The notes beneath the pieces were generated by a model. That model worked only from the letters and a program-made list of their open reading frames with translations, had not been told where the DNA came from and made no database searches. A DNA stretch of 63,495 nt, the filler included, from Deltaproteobacteria bacterium (GTDB taxonomy: Bacteria > JAEEML01), in the NCBI GenBank assembly GCA_016283195.1. It is 7 parts of 7 records of this genome, joined end to end, with 100 filler letters (N's around TTAATTAATTAA, not from the genome) between each part and the next. Parts side by side here need not be neighbours in the genome. Positions count along the whole stretch, not along the records: positions 42,623 to 57,673 come from JAEEML010000161.1; 6 more parts are not named here. One strand, 5' to 3'. Within the stretch, counting starts at the first letter, position 1; the number at the start of each line of letters is the position of its first letter. Below are positions 47,901 through 57,059 of this stretch, piece by piece. The position numbers and the translations under genes were made by a program.

Positions 47901-50539
47901 TTGCGCTCGCCGTGGTTGACGGAATCGTTTTTCGGTACGCCGGCCGGCAAGCTACCGCCCAAAAGGCGCTTAATGAGGTCGTTACGCACATCAAACGGGG
48001 AAAGAGAGAGTTTTTCTGTGGTGCTGGCCGGTTTGAAAGTGCTCACTTCATAGTGATCGCTCACTTTGTTTATCGGGAATTGCGGTGAGCTGTCATGAGC
48101 TTTATCAATGGAGCCCAAAACCTGATAATCAACCACATAATCAACTGTACTGGTTGGAGGACGCTTTACAATCAAGTTGCGGAAGAAGTTTTGAATTTGG
48201 TCGATACCACGCTGACTATTAGAGTCATTCAAGATATAAATAAAACCGTAAATATCGCGATCAAGGCGCACGCCATTTTCTTCTAATTTATTAGCGCTTG
48301 ATTGGAAAACATGGCCTAAGAGAGTGTCGTTCATGTTATTGGGGTCAAAAATACCGTCGCCGGTGTTATCATCGCCATAGGGGCTGAAGAGATATTCGCT
48401 TCTGTTTTCCGGCAGCTGGTTATCTTTGCCCACAGGCACTTCAACCTCAAAAGCCAAGCTGTAATCATCGCCGAGCGGTAGGCCGGAAGCGGTGGTGTGG
48501 CCAACATATTGGGCATAAGTCAATGGCTTTAAATTATTGGTGGAACAAATTTGCCATCTGGCCCAATCGGCGCTTACACAGCAACGCTCCACACCCTCGG
48601 GGCAAGCTGGACTTTCGCTGCAAATACGCGGAGTTTTGCTATCGACATTGCATTCTTCGGTGAGCTCGCAGGTTTCACCTGAAGCGACAGGAGTGGGATC
48701 TTTCGGCTCTTCGTTTTTGGTGCGCGGGTCGGTTTCCTGGCCGTCAACTTTACAATTGTGATTAATATCTTCTTCGCCGTCGTAAATACCATCGCCATCG
48801 CTATCGGGATTATTGGGATTGGTGGGGCCGCTGACAGAGCCGTTATCGGTAAAATAAATTTCGCAGCCGTCCAAAAGGCCGTCACCATCGGTGTCGGGGT
48901 TGATGGGATTGGTATTATAGCGGGTTACTTCTTCGCCGTCATTAAGGTTGTCACCATCGGTATCGGTAATGCGGGGGTCGGTTTCACCGACGCCGCGGCG
49001 GCCGTCGAGGTTAAAATCTTCTTCGCCGTCATTAAGGCCGTCGCCATCGGTATCGGCGAGATAGGCGCAGGTTTCGGCGTAAATATTGCTATCAATAGTG
49101 TCGCAAATACCATTGCGGTTGGTATCTTCCAAATAATCGGGCAGGCCGTCACCGTCGCTATCGAAAAGTACCGGGCTGGATTCTTTGGCATCGACTATGC
49201 CGTTGCAATTTAAGTCTTCAACGGTATCCGGAATGCCGTCGCCATCGCTATCTATAGAGAGCGGATCGCTCTCGCCGGCATCTACGCGGCCATTGTGGTT
49301 TTTATCCTCAAGACCGTCACGATAGGGGCATTTATTCAGCGGTACATCAGTGCAAAGAGCGCAATCGCCGTCAGTATCGGGGTTAAAGGGGTCGGTCTCG
49401 CGCAAATTGGCGGGAATACCTGGTTTGTTGCGCGGGTCGTCAAAGCGTACATCGGGGTTGTTCAGGGCATCGTATTTTAGCTCCACGCCGTCCATCAGGC
49501 AGTCGCCGTCCATGTCGGCGTTAAAAGCGCAAATTTCACGGTAGCGGGTGCAGGTTTTGCCCTGGCTCTGCCCGTTATCACTATTGGCATCACTATTGGC
49601 ATCGCTATTGCCATCGCCGCCGCTGGATTCATCCCAAGTTGTTTCAGTACTACCGTCGCTGCACACCCAGTAATCATCGCAAAGGCCATTTTTATTGGCA
49701 TCTTCCACGCCGTCCGGAATGCCGTCGCCGTCGGTGTCGGCTTTTCTGGGGTCGCTTTCAATGCGCTCATCAACATCGAGGTGGCCGTCGCCGTCCACAT
49801 CTTCGCCGGGATCTAAAATGCCGTTGCAATTTAAATCCTCATTTACATCCATGTGGCCGTCGCCGTCGATATCGTTATAAGAAACTTTGCCATCGTGATC
49901 GCGATCTTCTACGCCGTCCGGAATGCCGTCGCGGTCGGTATCTGGGTCTGTCGATTTACTCTCATTATTTAAGGGGTCGTAAACGCCGTTTTTGTTGCTG
50001 TCTTCCAAGCCGTCGGGGATGCCGTCGCCGTCGCTGTCAGCGGTTAAGGGATCGCTTTCCAAAAGAACATCGCCGCTGTCAAAAACGCCATTGCCGTTCA
50101 TATCCAAAAAGTCAACACGCCCATTGCTATTGGCATCTTCACAGCCGTCTAAAATGCCGTCACCGTCGGTATCGGGGTTATTGGGATCGAGCCCTTTACT
50201 GTGAAGACCGACAAAATTAGGTTCATCGGCATCATTCATGCAGTCGCCGTCTTTATCGGTGGCGGTTACCGGGCACTCGCAGACTTTAAACTCCGGTTTT
50301 TGCCCTTGCTGATTTTGTTTATTAGGATCTTGCCCTGGGTCGGTATCGGTATCAGCATCTTTGGGAATGGCTTTGCCTTCGTAAGTAAAGCAGTTGCCGG
50401 CATCGTCACAGCAGCGGCCATCACCTTGATCTTTAAGAACTTTTGAGGTGCCACAATTGCCGATTTCTTTTTCCAGCCGACAGGCAGGCAAAGAGAGGAC
50501 AAAGAGACAGCCGAGAAGAAACAAGCCAATTCGTTTCAT
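44978..50539 (-). CDS. cglD: Giant lipoprotein with thrombospondin type-3 (Ca-binding) repeats, VWA domain and Cys-rich modules; CglD-like adhesin
   Basis: Lipobox LPAC; many D[TS]DGDGxxDGxED repeats; ADLLFMVDDSGSM (MIDAS), IFLSDEED; Cys-rich C-terminus. Confidence 0.7.
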   Translation of the reverse strand: MKRIGLFLLGCLFVLSLPACRLEKEIGNCGTSKVLKDQGDGRCCDDAGNCFTYEGKAIPKDADTDTDPGQDPNKQNQQGQKPEFKVCECPVTATDKDGDCMNDADEPNFVGLHSKGLDPNNPDTDGDGILDGCEDANSNGRVDFLDMNGNGVFDSGDVLLESDPLTADSDGDGIPDGLEDSNKNGVYDPLNNESKSTDPDTDRDGIPDGVEDRDHDGKVSYNDIDGDGHMDVNEDLNCNGILDPGEDVDGDGHLDVDERIESDPRKADTDGDGIPDGVEDANKNGLCDDYWVCSDGSTETTWDESSGGDGNSDANSDANSDNGQSQGKTCTRYREICAFNADMDGDCLMDGVELKYDALNNPDVRFDDPRNKPGIPANLRETDPFNPDTDGDCALCTDVPLNKCPYRDGLEDKNHNGRVDAGESDPLSIDSDGDGIPDTVEDLNCNGIVDAKESSPVLFDSDGDGLPDYLEDTNRNGICDTIDSNIYAETCAYLADTDGDGLNDGEEDFNLDGRRGVGETDPRITDTDGDNLNDGEEVTRYNTNPINPDTDGDGLLDGCEIYFTDNGSVSGPTNPNNPDSDGDGIYDGEEDINHNCKVDGQETDPRTKNEEPKDPTPVASGETCELTEECNVDSKTPRICSESPACPEGVERCCVSADWARWQICSTNNLKPLTYAQYVGHTTASGLPLGDDYSLAFEVEVPVGKDNQLPENRSEYLFSPYGDDNTGDGIFDPNNMNDTLLGHVFQSSANKLEENGVRLDRDIYGFIYILNDSNSQRGIDQIQNFFRNLIVKRPPTSTVDYVVDYQVLGSIDKAHDSSPQFPINKVSDHYEVSTFKPASTTEKLSLSPFDVRNDLIKRLLGGSLPAGVPKNDSVNHGERNFAFDAFQIRVEIVQRPNNIYLIVVSLTENDTGNTTDDATEARYLDRVVRLEDLSEGSALSRHDATVSKQCIMNNPAQARADLLFMVDDSGSMQQVINSARQAASDVRSVLGASRDFFDFRIAMTTSNRSATNKGEAYSGGGGHFYWEYSADKPVIKDNAGFFGFGTEKACTTETINISHDTVFNDGTNSACGDDVDSVNCERLIEACDNGLDIFSSQVCDMIYAMGGMCGVKGRDYSGVEEGVRSVLHFINRTAPAKAPTLKNGKKVWDKMHLRSWCDDPSDPACQANCDPRPKAQKVLPQVGCSIDEDCMVQNGERCLMSYGYNDGASDSDPHICTSVNGKCCYKVNYCQNNEQCGAGAVCKSGNGCESYRVTDSCASDAECNAATGGNGTRVCQAGADCPSGKCCYQTTCCFQDCEMVPLVTIFLSDEEDGYFKDDCRLWNYTSTGFDYEQLPSRCLHNPDSPTGDCTYEYCTALNYEMNSNNTRFLSDWPVDHDVSELDSSFWTKRPTGSIEAALFDKWLATYTEYCGAPGAYDDNVQAPRCRASHYHNYEDIVSDYTTYDSDCAACKRFLRRKEMLDFFNIYGRMYAITRNEGKAGETRECGTGSAEKNRGDGKAFRDLASNSGGKFSDVCIAEKGGSYKAFLQTIIADAQAASVPYPLSGVPIASTIKVGIYGSTRGEDGQWGMFYPPRSRVNGFNYDPTFNSLTFHTTPMDNNGNGKIDAEEEEAARASANLPKAGELVVISYRYWISVPCNDSCSSSERCVQEQCKNGEYLPTGHSCDENGGCRTGEVCKEGECTMLCENERVDYCVCDANCGNRCGPCETCEDDPLNPGCGVCVPMNNLCACNPDPMALTCDPNNPSCGPGMCCDESCVCVECKDAAPCKNIHFDMATGEVNTCIGLAECCDYLANDDIQGNECCPAEHEVGCTTTSEGQMHFLQCKAACDCGGACNPLLEFCSPVTCTCTAKGT

Positions 50540-50746
50540 AGATTTACCTCAAACGCCAATACAACGTGTTACCTGATTTGCAGAGTAGCCAGAGGCTACC
50601 CATAATCTCTCCCATTTTAGCCGGAGTAAGTGCCTTGAGCAAGAATAAATAGCATTTTGTGGCGAATAATCCTCCCTATGCAATAAAACTCTGGCAGCTT
50701 CTTCCCAACTCTGCTATGGCACCTTTCCGGTATTTGGAGGAATGAG

Positions 50747-51532
50747 ATGGGAATCGTTCTTGCTATAGCCAACCAAAAGGGAGGAGTTGGTAAAACAACC
50801 ACCGCCATTAATCTGGCAGCTTCGTTGGCCGCCGCCGAGCGGCGCGTACTTCTGGTGGATCTTGACTCTCAGGGGAATGCCACTTCCGGCCTTGGCGCCG
50901 GTGCGGCCACCGCTAATATGGCCGGTACTTATGAAGCGCTGATTGGTTTTATAAAGCCGGAAAGTGCCATTATAAAGGGTGAACTCGATAATTTGCACAT
51001 TTTGCCCGCAACTGAAAATCTGGCCGCTGCCGAAGTGGAGCTGGCCACCGACCAGAGCCGCCATTTGCGGCTTAGAGCGGCACTTGCAGAAATAAGGGAA
51101 AAGTACGACTATATTCTTATAGACTGCCCGCCTTCGCTGGGAACACTGACTATTAATGCCCTTTTTGCCGCCGATAGGGTGCTGGTGCCCTTGCAATGCG
51201 AATATTTTGCTATGGAAGGGCTTGCCAAACTGCTTTCCACGATGGATATGGTGCGCAGTGCCGGGCATAGTGAGCTCTCTATCATCGGTATTTTGCTGAC
51301 GATGTTCGATGCCAGAGTCAATTTGGCTCACCAGGTGGCGAATGAAGTAAAAAGCCACTTTCCCACTCTGGTTTTCGAGACTATTATCCCGCGCAATGTG
51401 CGTCTTTCCGAAGCGCCGAGTTTTGGTAAGCCCATTATCTTTTACGATATAAATTCTTCCGGGGCCAAGAGTTACTTGGAATTGGCTCAGGAGGTTATCC
51501 AGCGAGTAGAGGAGACACCTCATGCAATTTAA
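50747..51532 (+). CDS. parA: Chromosome partitioning ATPase ParA/Soj
   Basis: NQKGGVGKTT, DLDSQGNAT, IDCPPSLG, PLQCEYFA, IPRNVRLSEAPSFG. Confidence 0.97.
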   Translation: MGIVLAIANQKGGVGKTTTAINLAASLAAAERRVLLVDLDSQGNATSGLGAGAATANMAGTYEALIGFIKPESAIIKGELDNLHILPATENLAAAEVELATDQSRHLRLRAALAEIREKYDYILIDCPPSLGTLTINALFAADRVLVPLQCEYFAMEGLAKLLSTMDMVRSAGHSELSIIGILLTMFDARVNLAHQVANEVKSHFPTLVFETIIPRNVRLSEAPSFGKPIIFYDINSSGAKSYLELAQEVIQRVEETPHAI

Positions 51533-52466
51533 AGAGCTGAAAGAGCCCAAAAAAGGGGCGAAAATCGGCGGCCTGGGGCGCGGCATGGATGCGCTTATTC
51601 CCAAACCGGAGGGTAATTCTGCTCTAAATGCTTTTACAGCTTTCCCGGGGCTTGGAGCCGATAATGCTCATATTTACCAGTTGCCACTGGAAAAAATACA
51701 CCCCTTAAATGGCCAGCCAAGGCGTAATTTTGCCGAAGAAGCGCTCAAAAAACTGGCCGATTCCATTAAACAAGATGGCGTGATTCAACCAGTCGTTGTG
51801 CGCAAAAAAGATAATGAATATGAGCTAATAGCCGGTGAAAGGCGCTGGCGGGCCGCCGGGATTGCCGGCCTGAAAAACATTCCGGCTATTATTAAAGAGC
51901 TTTCCGATGAAGACTCTTTTACCATAGCTCTTGTGGAAAATATTCAGCGCCAGGATCTCACGCCTCTTGAAGAGGCCCGTGCTTATGAGAAGCTTTTAAA
52001 AGAGTATAATTTGACGCAAGAGCAGCTGGCCGCGCGGGTTGGTAAAGAGCGCTCTACCATTGCCAATACTTTACGCCTCTTGCAACTGCCGGCAGAAATA
52101 ATGCCTCTCGTTGATGGCGGAGCTATTTCTGCCGGTCACGCCCGGGCCATTTTGAGCCTCTCTTCCCCAAAGAGCCAAAAAGCCCTGGCCGAGAGGGTGC
52201 TTGATGAGCATCTTTCGGTGCGCCAGGCCGAAAATATTGCCCGCTTGCAAAAATCCAAAACCCCGCGCAGCAGCACCCCAGCCGTAAAAGAAGCTGAAAA
52301 CCGCTCTGTGCCGAATAGCCGTGATTTGGCATCCAGGTGGCAAAAAGCCCTTAATTGTAAAGTGGCACTTAAAGACAAAAAAGGGCAGGGCATTATTGAA
52401 TTACATTATGGTTCCTATGAGGAACTGGCGGCGTTAACTGAGAAAATATGCAATAATAATATGTAA
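51522..52466 (+). CDS. parB: Chromosome partitioning protein ParB
   Basis: GLGRGMDAL, QPR, AGERRWRA, ENIQRQDL, RSTIANTLRLL, GHARA. Confidence 0.97.
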   Translation: MQFKELKEPKKGAKIGGLGRGMDALIPKPEGNSALNAFTAFPGLGADNAHIYQLPLEKIHPLNGQPRRNFAEEALKKLADSIKQDGVIQPVVVRKKDNEYELIAGERRWRAAGIAGLKNIPAIIKELSDEDSFTIALVENIQRQDLTPLEEARAYEKLLKEYNLTQEQLAARVGKERSTIANTLRLLQLPAEIMPLVDGGAISAGHARAILSLSSPKSQKALAERVLDEHLSVRQAENIARLQKSKTPRSSTPAVKEAENRSVPNSRDLASRWQKALNCKVALKDKKGQGIIELHYGSYEELAALTEKICNNNM

Positions 52467-52492
52467 TTAACTTAAAAATTAAGGAGAAAAAA

Positions 52493-52879
52493 ATGGGCAA
52501 GAATGATAATTTCACCGTAAACGTGGACAATGTGCACACCATTCTTGGGGCGGAGAGCACCTTTGAAGGGCATCTCACTTTTCAGGGCACTATTCGCATA
52601 GATGGCAATTTTAAAGGCGAAATAGCCACCAAAGATGTGTTGGTTATCGGCCAGGGCGCTAAGGTTGAAGCCGAAATAAAAGTTGGCGCGGTGGTGATAA
52701 ACGGCACGGTGCGTGGCAATATAATCGCCGAGAACTCGGTTGAAGTACACGCCCCCGGGCGTATTTACGGCAACATTACCACCCCGGTTTTAACTATCGA
52801 CCGCGGCGTTATTTTTGAAGGGCAGTGTGTCATGGAAAAGAAACCGGATACTGCCGATAAAGAAGCGGAAAAGAAATAA
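52493..52879 (+). CDS. Bactofilin (polymer-forming cytoskeletal protein), BacM-like by position
   Basis: TILG..STFEGHLTFQGTIRIDGNFKGEI...GNI.TP.L.I..G.IFEGQC. Confidence 0.92.
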   Translation: MGKNDNFTVNVDNVHTILGAESTFEGHLTFQGTIRIDGNFKGEIATKDVLVIGQGAKVEAEIKVGAVVINGTVRGNIIAENSVEVHAPGRIYGNITTPVLTIDRGVIFEGQCVMEKKPDTADKEAEKK

Positions 52880-52916
52880 TAATTTTATCTGATTTTAGCA
52901 CTTACTCAGGTTAAAA

Positions 52917-54047
52917 ATGGAAAATTATCAATCCACCGAAAAGCTGGAAAGCTTTATGAATAACTTAGGCTTTCCTTCTTTGCGTATCCACACGTCTTTA
53001 AACCATTTTGATTTTACCCGCCGGGCGCGGCGTATTCTCGTTATCGGGCCTATGGGCGCCGGCAAAACCGAGTACACCACCAGAGTATGGCGCGATTCCA
53101 AAGTGGCACGCACCAAATCGGCTCTTGTAGCCGCAAGTACCGCTACCGGTGCAGCCGACAGGCGCAATGTCTTTTTTGTGCGCCCGGGCCTTGATACTCG
53201 CCAATTTCATAACTGCCCGCCGGGAAGTTTGCCATACCGCGGCGGTATCGAAGATTTAGGCGGAAAAATATCCGGGGCAGCCGATAGTTTTGCTCTTGAA
53301 GCGCTTTTTAAAGAGCATCCGGAAGTGGGTACTTGGATTATTGACGAAGCAGCTTTTTTTGACGAGCGCCTGGTGTATCTCATGGCCAAGGAGAGCGATG
53401 AGCGTGGGGTGATTTTTATTTGCCCGACTTTGGTTTTAAATTTTCGCCGCGAAACATTTAATGCCACCGCCAAGCTGCTTTTGGAACAGGCTACGGATAT
53501 TTTCCCCCTTTCGGCTTATTGTGACCATCCGGACTGCCTCTCAGACGGCTATTTTAGCTACCGCTATTATCTGGTGGATAATATTGAGTGCCCGGCTCTT
53601 TATTTTGACCCGCTTCTTATCATCGGACAAACAGATTTGCGTCATAGCGAATATGAGCCAAATTATTGCACCCGTTGCGAAAAACACCACCTTTTGCCAG
53701 GCAAGCGCTATACTTACATGGCTTTAAAACCGCTTGGTAACCTGGCCAGCGCCGGTGATATTGCGCCTCTTAGAAATGAACTGGCAGCTATTCAGGCCGG
53801 AAGTCACACTTCCAAACTTTTCACCATGTTTGAAGATTACTATCTGCGCGGTGAGAAGCGCAATGAGACGATGATGAACTCTCTAAAAGTAGCGGCCATT
53901 GCCGAAAAAGCACTTCTTTACCTATATACCGAAGCCAATCTTATCTCCACCGACCAGCTGCTTAGTTTGGTAAATGAATTGCAGCTTGACCGGCAATATA
54001 TCCGTTTGAGACTGGCCGATTGCCACCGCTCTGTAGCCGCTTTATAA
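52917..54047 (+). CDS. tdk: Thymidine kinase, long form
   Basis: IGPMGAGKT, WIIDEAAFF, LNFR..TF, zinc ligands C..(DHPD)C and CTRCEKHH. Confidence 0.8.
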   Translation: MENYQSTEKLESFMNNLGFPSLRIHTSLNHFDFTRRARRILVIGPMGAGKTEYTTRVWRDSKVARTKSALVAASTATGAADRRNVFFVRPGLDTRQFHNCPPGSLPYRGGIEDLGGKISGAADSFALEALFKEHPEVGTWIIDEAAFFDERLVYLMAKESDERGVIFICPTLVLNFRRETFNATAKLLLEQATDIFPLSAYCDHPDCLSDGYFSYRYYLVDNIECPALYFDPLLIIGQTDLRHSEYEPNYCTRCEKHHLLPGKRYTYMALKPLGNLASAGDIAPLRNELAAIQAGSHTSKLFTMFEDYYLRGEKRNETMMNSLKVAAIAEKALLYLYTEANLISTDQLLSLVNELQLDRQYIRLRLADCHRSVAAL

Positions 54048-54141
54048 AAATAAAAAAATTTTTTGCTGATATTTTTTTGTATCGCGCCAATAATCTGCTA
54101 GGCTAAGGGTGGCCGTGCTAAGCCGGCGTGGAGCATAAAAG

Positions 54142-54579
54142 ATGAAGGAAAGAAGAGCTTACCGATTGATCATAACCTTACTGGCCGTATTTACGGCATT
54201 TTCTACTTATGCCTGCTCAAATAAATGCGAATACGACCGCGATTGCCCGCTGGATCGCGTTTGTCTGGCCGGCACCTGCGCTATGAGCTGTGCCTATAAT
54301 TCGTCGATTTGTTCCGGCGGTGAAGTGTGCGCCGGCGGCGTTTGTGTGCATACCTGCACCAGTGACAGTGACTGTAACGGCACCATGTACTGCGCCCAAA
54401 CCGGTATTTGTACCGCGCCGATTACCACCGACAATACCGTTCACCATGAGCCGACGAATCTGCCGGAAGATGAAGGGTCAAATAACGCGGAAGTTCCCGA
54501 AGATAATAAACCGAATAACGGTAATGACGATGATGCCGAAAGCGATAACAACGGTGATGCCGCTACCGATAACAGTTAG
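54142..54579 (+). CDS. Small Cys-rich lipoprotein with acidic tail
   Basis: Signal ending TYAC; three C..D.DC....C...G.C modules. Confidence 0.75.
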   Translation: MKERRAYRLIITLLAVFTAFSTYACSNKCEYDRDCPLDRVCLAGTCAMSCAYNSSICSGGEVCAGGVCVHTCTSDSDCNGTMYCAQTGICTAPITTDNTVHHEPTNLPEDEGSNNAEVPEDNKPNNGNDDDAESDNNGDAATDNS

Positions 54580-54632
54580 TAATTCGTAAATTGTTTAATT
54601 TGGCATAAAATAAGCAGGAAGGCTTACAGATT

Positions 54633-55637
54633 ATGGTTCCGGGTTTTAATCACAATGTAAAATACAAAGGCCAAGTATTTCATGTGCAAACCGAGGATTC
54701 CGGGGTGGAGAACCCCCATATTATCACCCATCTCTTTTTGGGCGGTAATATTGTTAAATCGCAAAAAAGCTCTTATGATGCCTTGCTGAACGAGCCGGAT
54801 TTAATAGATAAAGTTAAGCAAATTATGCAAGCGCAGCATAAACAAATGTTGCGTTCACTAGTCTCCGGCTCTTTTGATGATAAAATAGTTGAGCGGGCCA
54901 AAGGCGCTTCAATGCTAAACGGGCCGGCGCCTCTGAATGTGGAGCGTGGTCAGGGCAAGAGCAGCTCCATGATGTCTATTTTGGAAGGCGCCGGTACTGA
55001 TGAAACGCCGCCGGTGGCCGCCGCTACTCCTGCTCCCGTTGTGGCGACTGCTGCTGCTGCCGCTCCGGTGCCGGCTACGCCCAAACCGCCGCGCACCAGC
55101 CGCTTCCCCAGTGCCGAAGCTTTTTTGGCCGAGCAGATAGAAGAAGAAAATCGCAAAGAAGTTTCTCCGCCGCCGCCACCGCCGCCGCCGGTTATGCCGG
55201 TTATGCCGCCGCCTTCCACTGTGCCGAAGATTAGTGAACTGGGGCCCATTCACCGCGCTCCTACCAGCACTGTTTCCGGTTTGGCTGCCGCTGCGGCCAA
55301 TATGGCCGCTTTGCAATCTACGCCCTCTTTTAAACGTGAGCGTATTACTGCCGAAGTAGGCAAAAATGTGCAAGTGGTGCGGCCGCAGGCTGCACCGCCG
55401 CCGGCCGAGGCTTCAATTTTTGATTTGCCGCCGGTTGGCAGCTATGAGAGCTCTTTTCAAAATCGTCATCCGGCCGAGCACCTGCCGGAAGACAACAGCC
55501 CGATTTTGGATGGTGACTCGCTGAATGATGTTTATCAGAACGATCCCGATGCCATCGACAACATCTTTGGTTCGGCCTCTGATTCCTCGCTTGATGATGT
55601 GCTCCTTGGCTACCTGCTTTCTGTGGAACAAAACTAA
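54633..55637 (+). CDS. romY: RomY-like polarity protein
   Basis: GFNHNVKYKGQVFHVQTEDSGVENPHIITHLF N-domain, Pro-rich linker and C-terminal SLDDVLLGYL motif, matching my recollection of myxobacterial RomY. Confidence 0.6.
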   Translation: MVPGFNHNVKYKGQVFHVQTEDSGVENPHIITHLFLGGNIVKSQKSSYDALLNEPDLIDKVKQIMQAQHKQMLRSLVSGSFDDKIVERAKGASMLNGPAPLNVERGQGKSSSMMSILEGAGTDETPPVAAATPAPVVATAAAAAPVPATPKPPRTSRFPSAEAFLAEQIEEENRKEVSPPPPPPPPVMPVMPPPSTVPKISELGPIHRAPTSTVSGLAAAAANMAALQSTPSFKRERITAEVGKNVQVVRPQAAPPPAEASIFDLPPVGSYESSFQNRHPAEHLPEDNSPILDGDSLNDVYQNDPDAIDNIFGSASDSSLDDVLLGYLLSVEQN

Positions 55638-56279
55638 GTGGCGCCCATAATTGATTTTACCGCTATTCCCGCGCCGCCATTAAAAAATCTGGCTGAAGCC
55701 ATAGAGACCCTACTGGCTCTATATAGCGAATTGGATGGTCATTTGACGGCCATAAGAGCTAAATATCCTATTCCCTGCGCCGCTGGTTGTGCTGCTTGCT
55801 GTCATGAGGCTGTTTTTCTTACTCCCCTGGAATTTTGGGCGATAATTTATTTTATCCAAAAAGAGGGGCGCTTTACTCTTTTAAAGAGCGCTCTAGAGGC
55901 TGCAAAACTCATATATAAAGAGCATGCTGAGCTGATAGAGGCTTTTAATGCGCCGCCGCCCTCAGGTGAAAAAGACCATTTTAGCCTGGCCAAAGATTTA
56001 CACTATGTCTGCCCATTTTTGCGCGAGGGAACATGTAGTATCTATCCGGCCCGTTCGCTTATTGCCCGCCTCTTTGGCCTGAGTTTTGAGCGCCCCGGGG
56101 TGGTTTACGGCTGCCAAAAGGTGGAAAAAATACTTGCCGCTTCCAGGAGAGATATAACACTGGCTTCCTGTGATTATTGGATAAATCGTCTTAAAAAACT
56201 TCCATATACCGAGGGGCGGCAGGTGTTACCATATTATATGGTACGCCTCTTTGGTTTGGCTGCCGGAGGGCCAGTGTAG
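55638..56279 (+). CDS. YkgJ family cysteine-cluster protein
   Basis: CAAGCAACC, CPFL..GTCSIYPAR. Confidence 0.82.
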   Translation: MAPIIDFTAIPAPPLKNLAEAIETLLALYSELDGHLTAIRAKYPIPCAAGCAACCHEAVFLTPLEFWAIIYFIQKEGRFTLLKSALEAAKLIYKEHAELIEAFNAPPPSGEKDHFSLAKDLHYVCPFLREGTCSIYPARSLIARLFGLSFERPGVVYGCQKVEKILAASRRDITLASCDYWINRLKKLPYTEGRQVLPYYMVRLFGLAAGGPV

Positions 56280-56423
56280 TTAAAACTATCAAAGGCCTTC
56301 TGTGACAAGCGGCAAAATTTTTGGGCCTTATAGCCTGAAACCGCAAAAAATCCAGCTGTAGTGGTGTTATTTTCCTGTTGCTCTGGCGCTTACCAATATC
56401 TTGCCTGATTGTTTGATTTTTTC

Positions 56424-56452
56424 TTGCGATATTGCCTAACTTGTGGTACTAT
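56424..56452 (+). promoter_or_regulatory. sigma70 promoter of lipoprotein-fibre operon copy B
   Basis: TTGCGA-N17-TACTAT with extended -10 TG. Confidence 0.55.
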
Positions 56453-56513
56453 CAAAATAACATTTACCTTACAGTGGTAAGGCACAGTGGTGTAAACGCA
56501 GAGGAGATTAAGC

Positions 56514-57041
56514 ATGAAATTGAGATTCTTGGCTTTACTGATGCCGCTTATGTTGTTGCTTTCAGGTTGTCCGGACAAGCCGTTGCCAAGCAATAATTCC
56601 CGCCAACTTGGTGAAAATTGTGACGAAATCAACGCCTGCGATAGCGGGATGTATTGCGATTATGGTATTTGCCGCTTGGTGTGCGTTGATACTGCCGATT
56701 GTGAAGTTGGCCAGGAATGCAAAGAAGGGCGCTGTGTAAAGAGCACTAACGTCAAACCCAATGACCCCGGTGATAACACCGATATTCCTGGCCCCGGTGA
56801 TAACACTGATATTCCCGGCCCAGGTGATAACACCGATGTTCCGCCTGATAGCAATAGCGATGCCCAGAGCGATGTGCCGCCCGGCCCTCAAGATAACCAT
56901 GCTTCTTCGGTTACCGGCACTCCTGTTTCCGTTGGCGGCAAAGTTTCCAGCAATAGTTTTGAAGTAGAAGTTACCGGCGGCGCAATAGTGCAAAAAGCCG
57001 AGAGTAACTCTTATGTTGTAACAACAAAAGATGGGCACTGA
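56514..57041 (+). CDS. Cys-rich lipoprotein with PGDNTDIPG repeats, copy B
   Basis: Lipobox LSGC; mature part nearly identical to 22690-23247; three repeat units. Confidence 0.8.
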   Translation: MKLRFLALLMPLMLLLSGCPDKPLPSNNSRQLGENCDEINACDSGMYCDYGICRLVCVDTADCEVGQECKEGRCVKSTNVKPNDPGDNTDIPGPGDNTDIPGPGDNTDVPPDSNSDAQSDVPPGPQDNHASSVTGTPVSVGGKVSSNSFEVEVTGGAIVQKAESNSYVVTTKDGH

Positions 57042-57059
57042 TAGCCCGGGGAGGATCTT

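Noticed and set aside
50714-51604. 296-aa ORF on the - strand
   Set aside because: Antisense shadow of parA.
50540-52900. parS sites near parAB
   Set aside because: No GTTYCACGTGRAAC-type palindrome was seen by eye.
54600-54616. sigma54-like TGGCAT-N-GC before the romY-like gene
   Set aside because: The -12 element is poor (TAAGC), and the implied TSS would fall downstream of the RBS.
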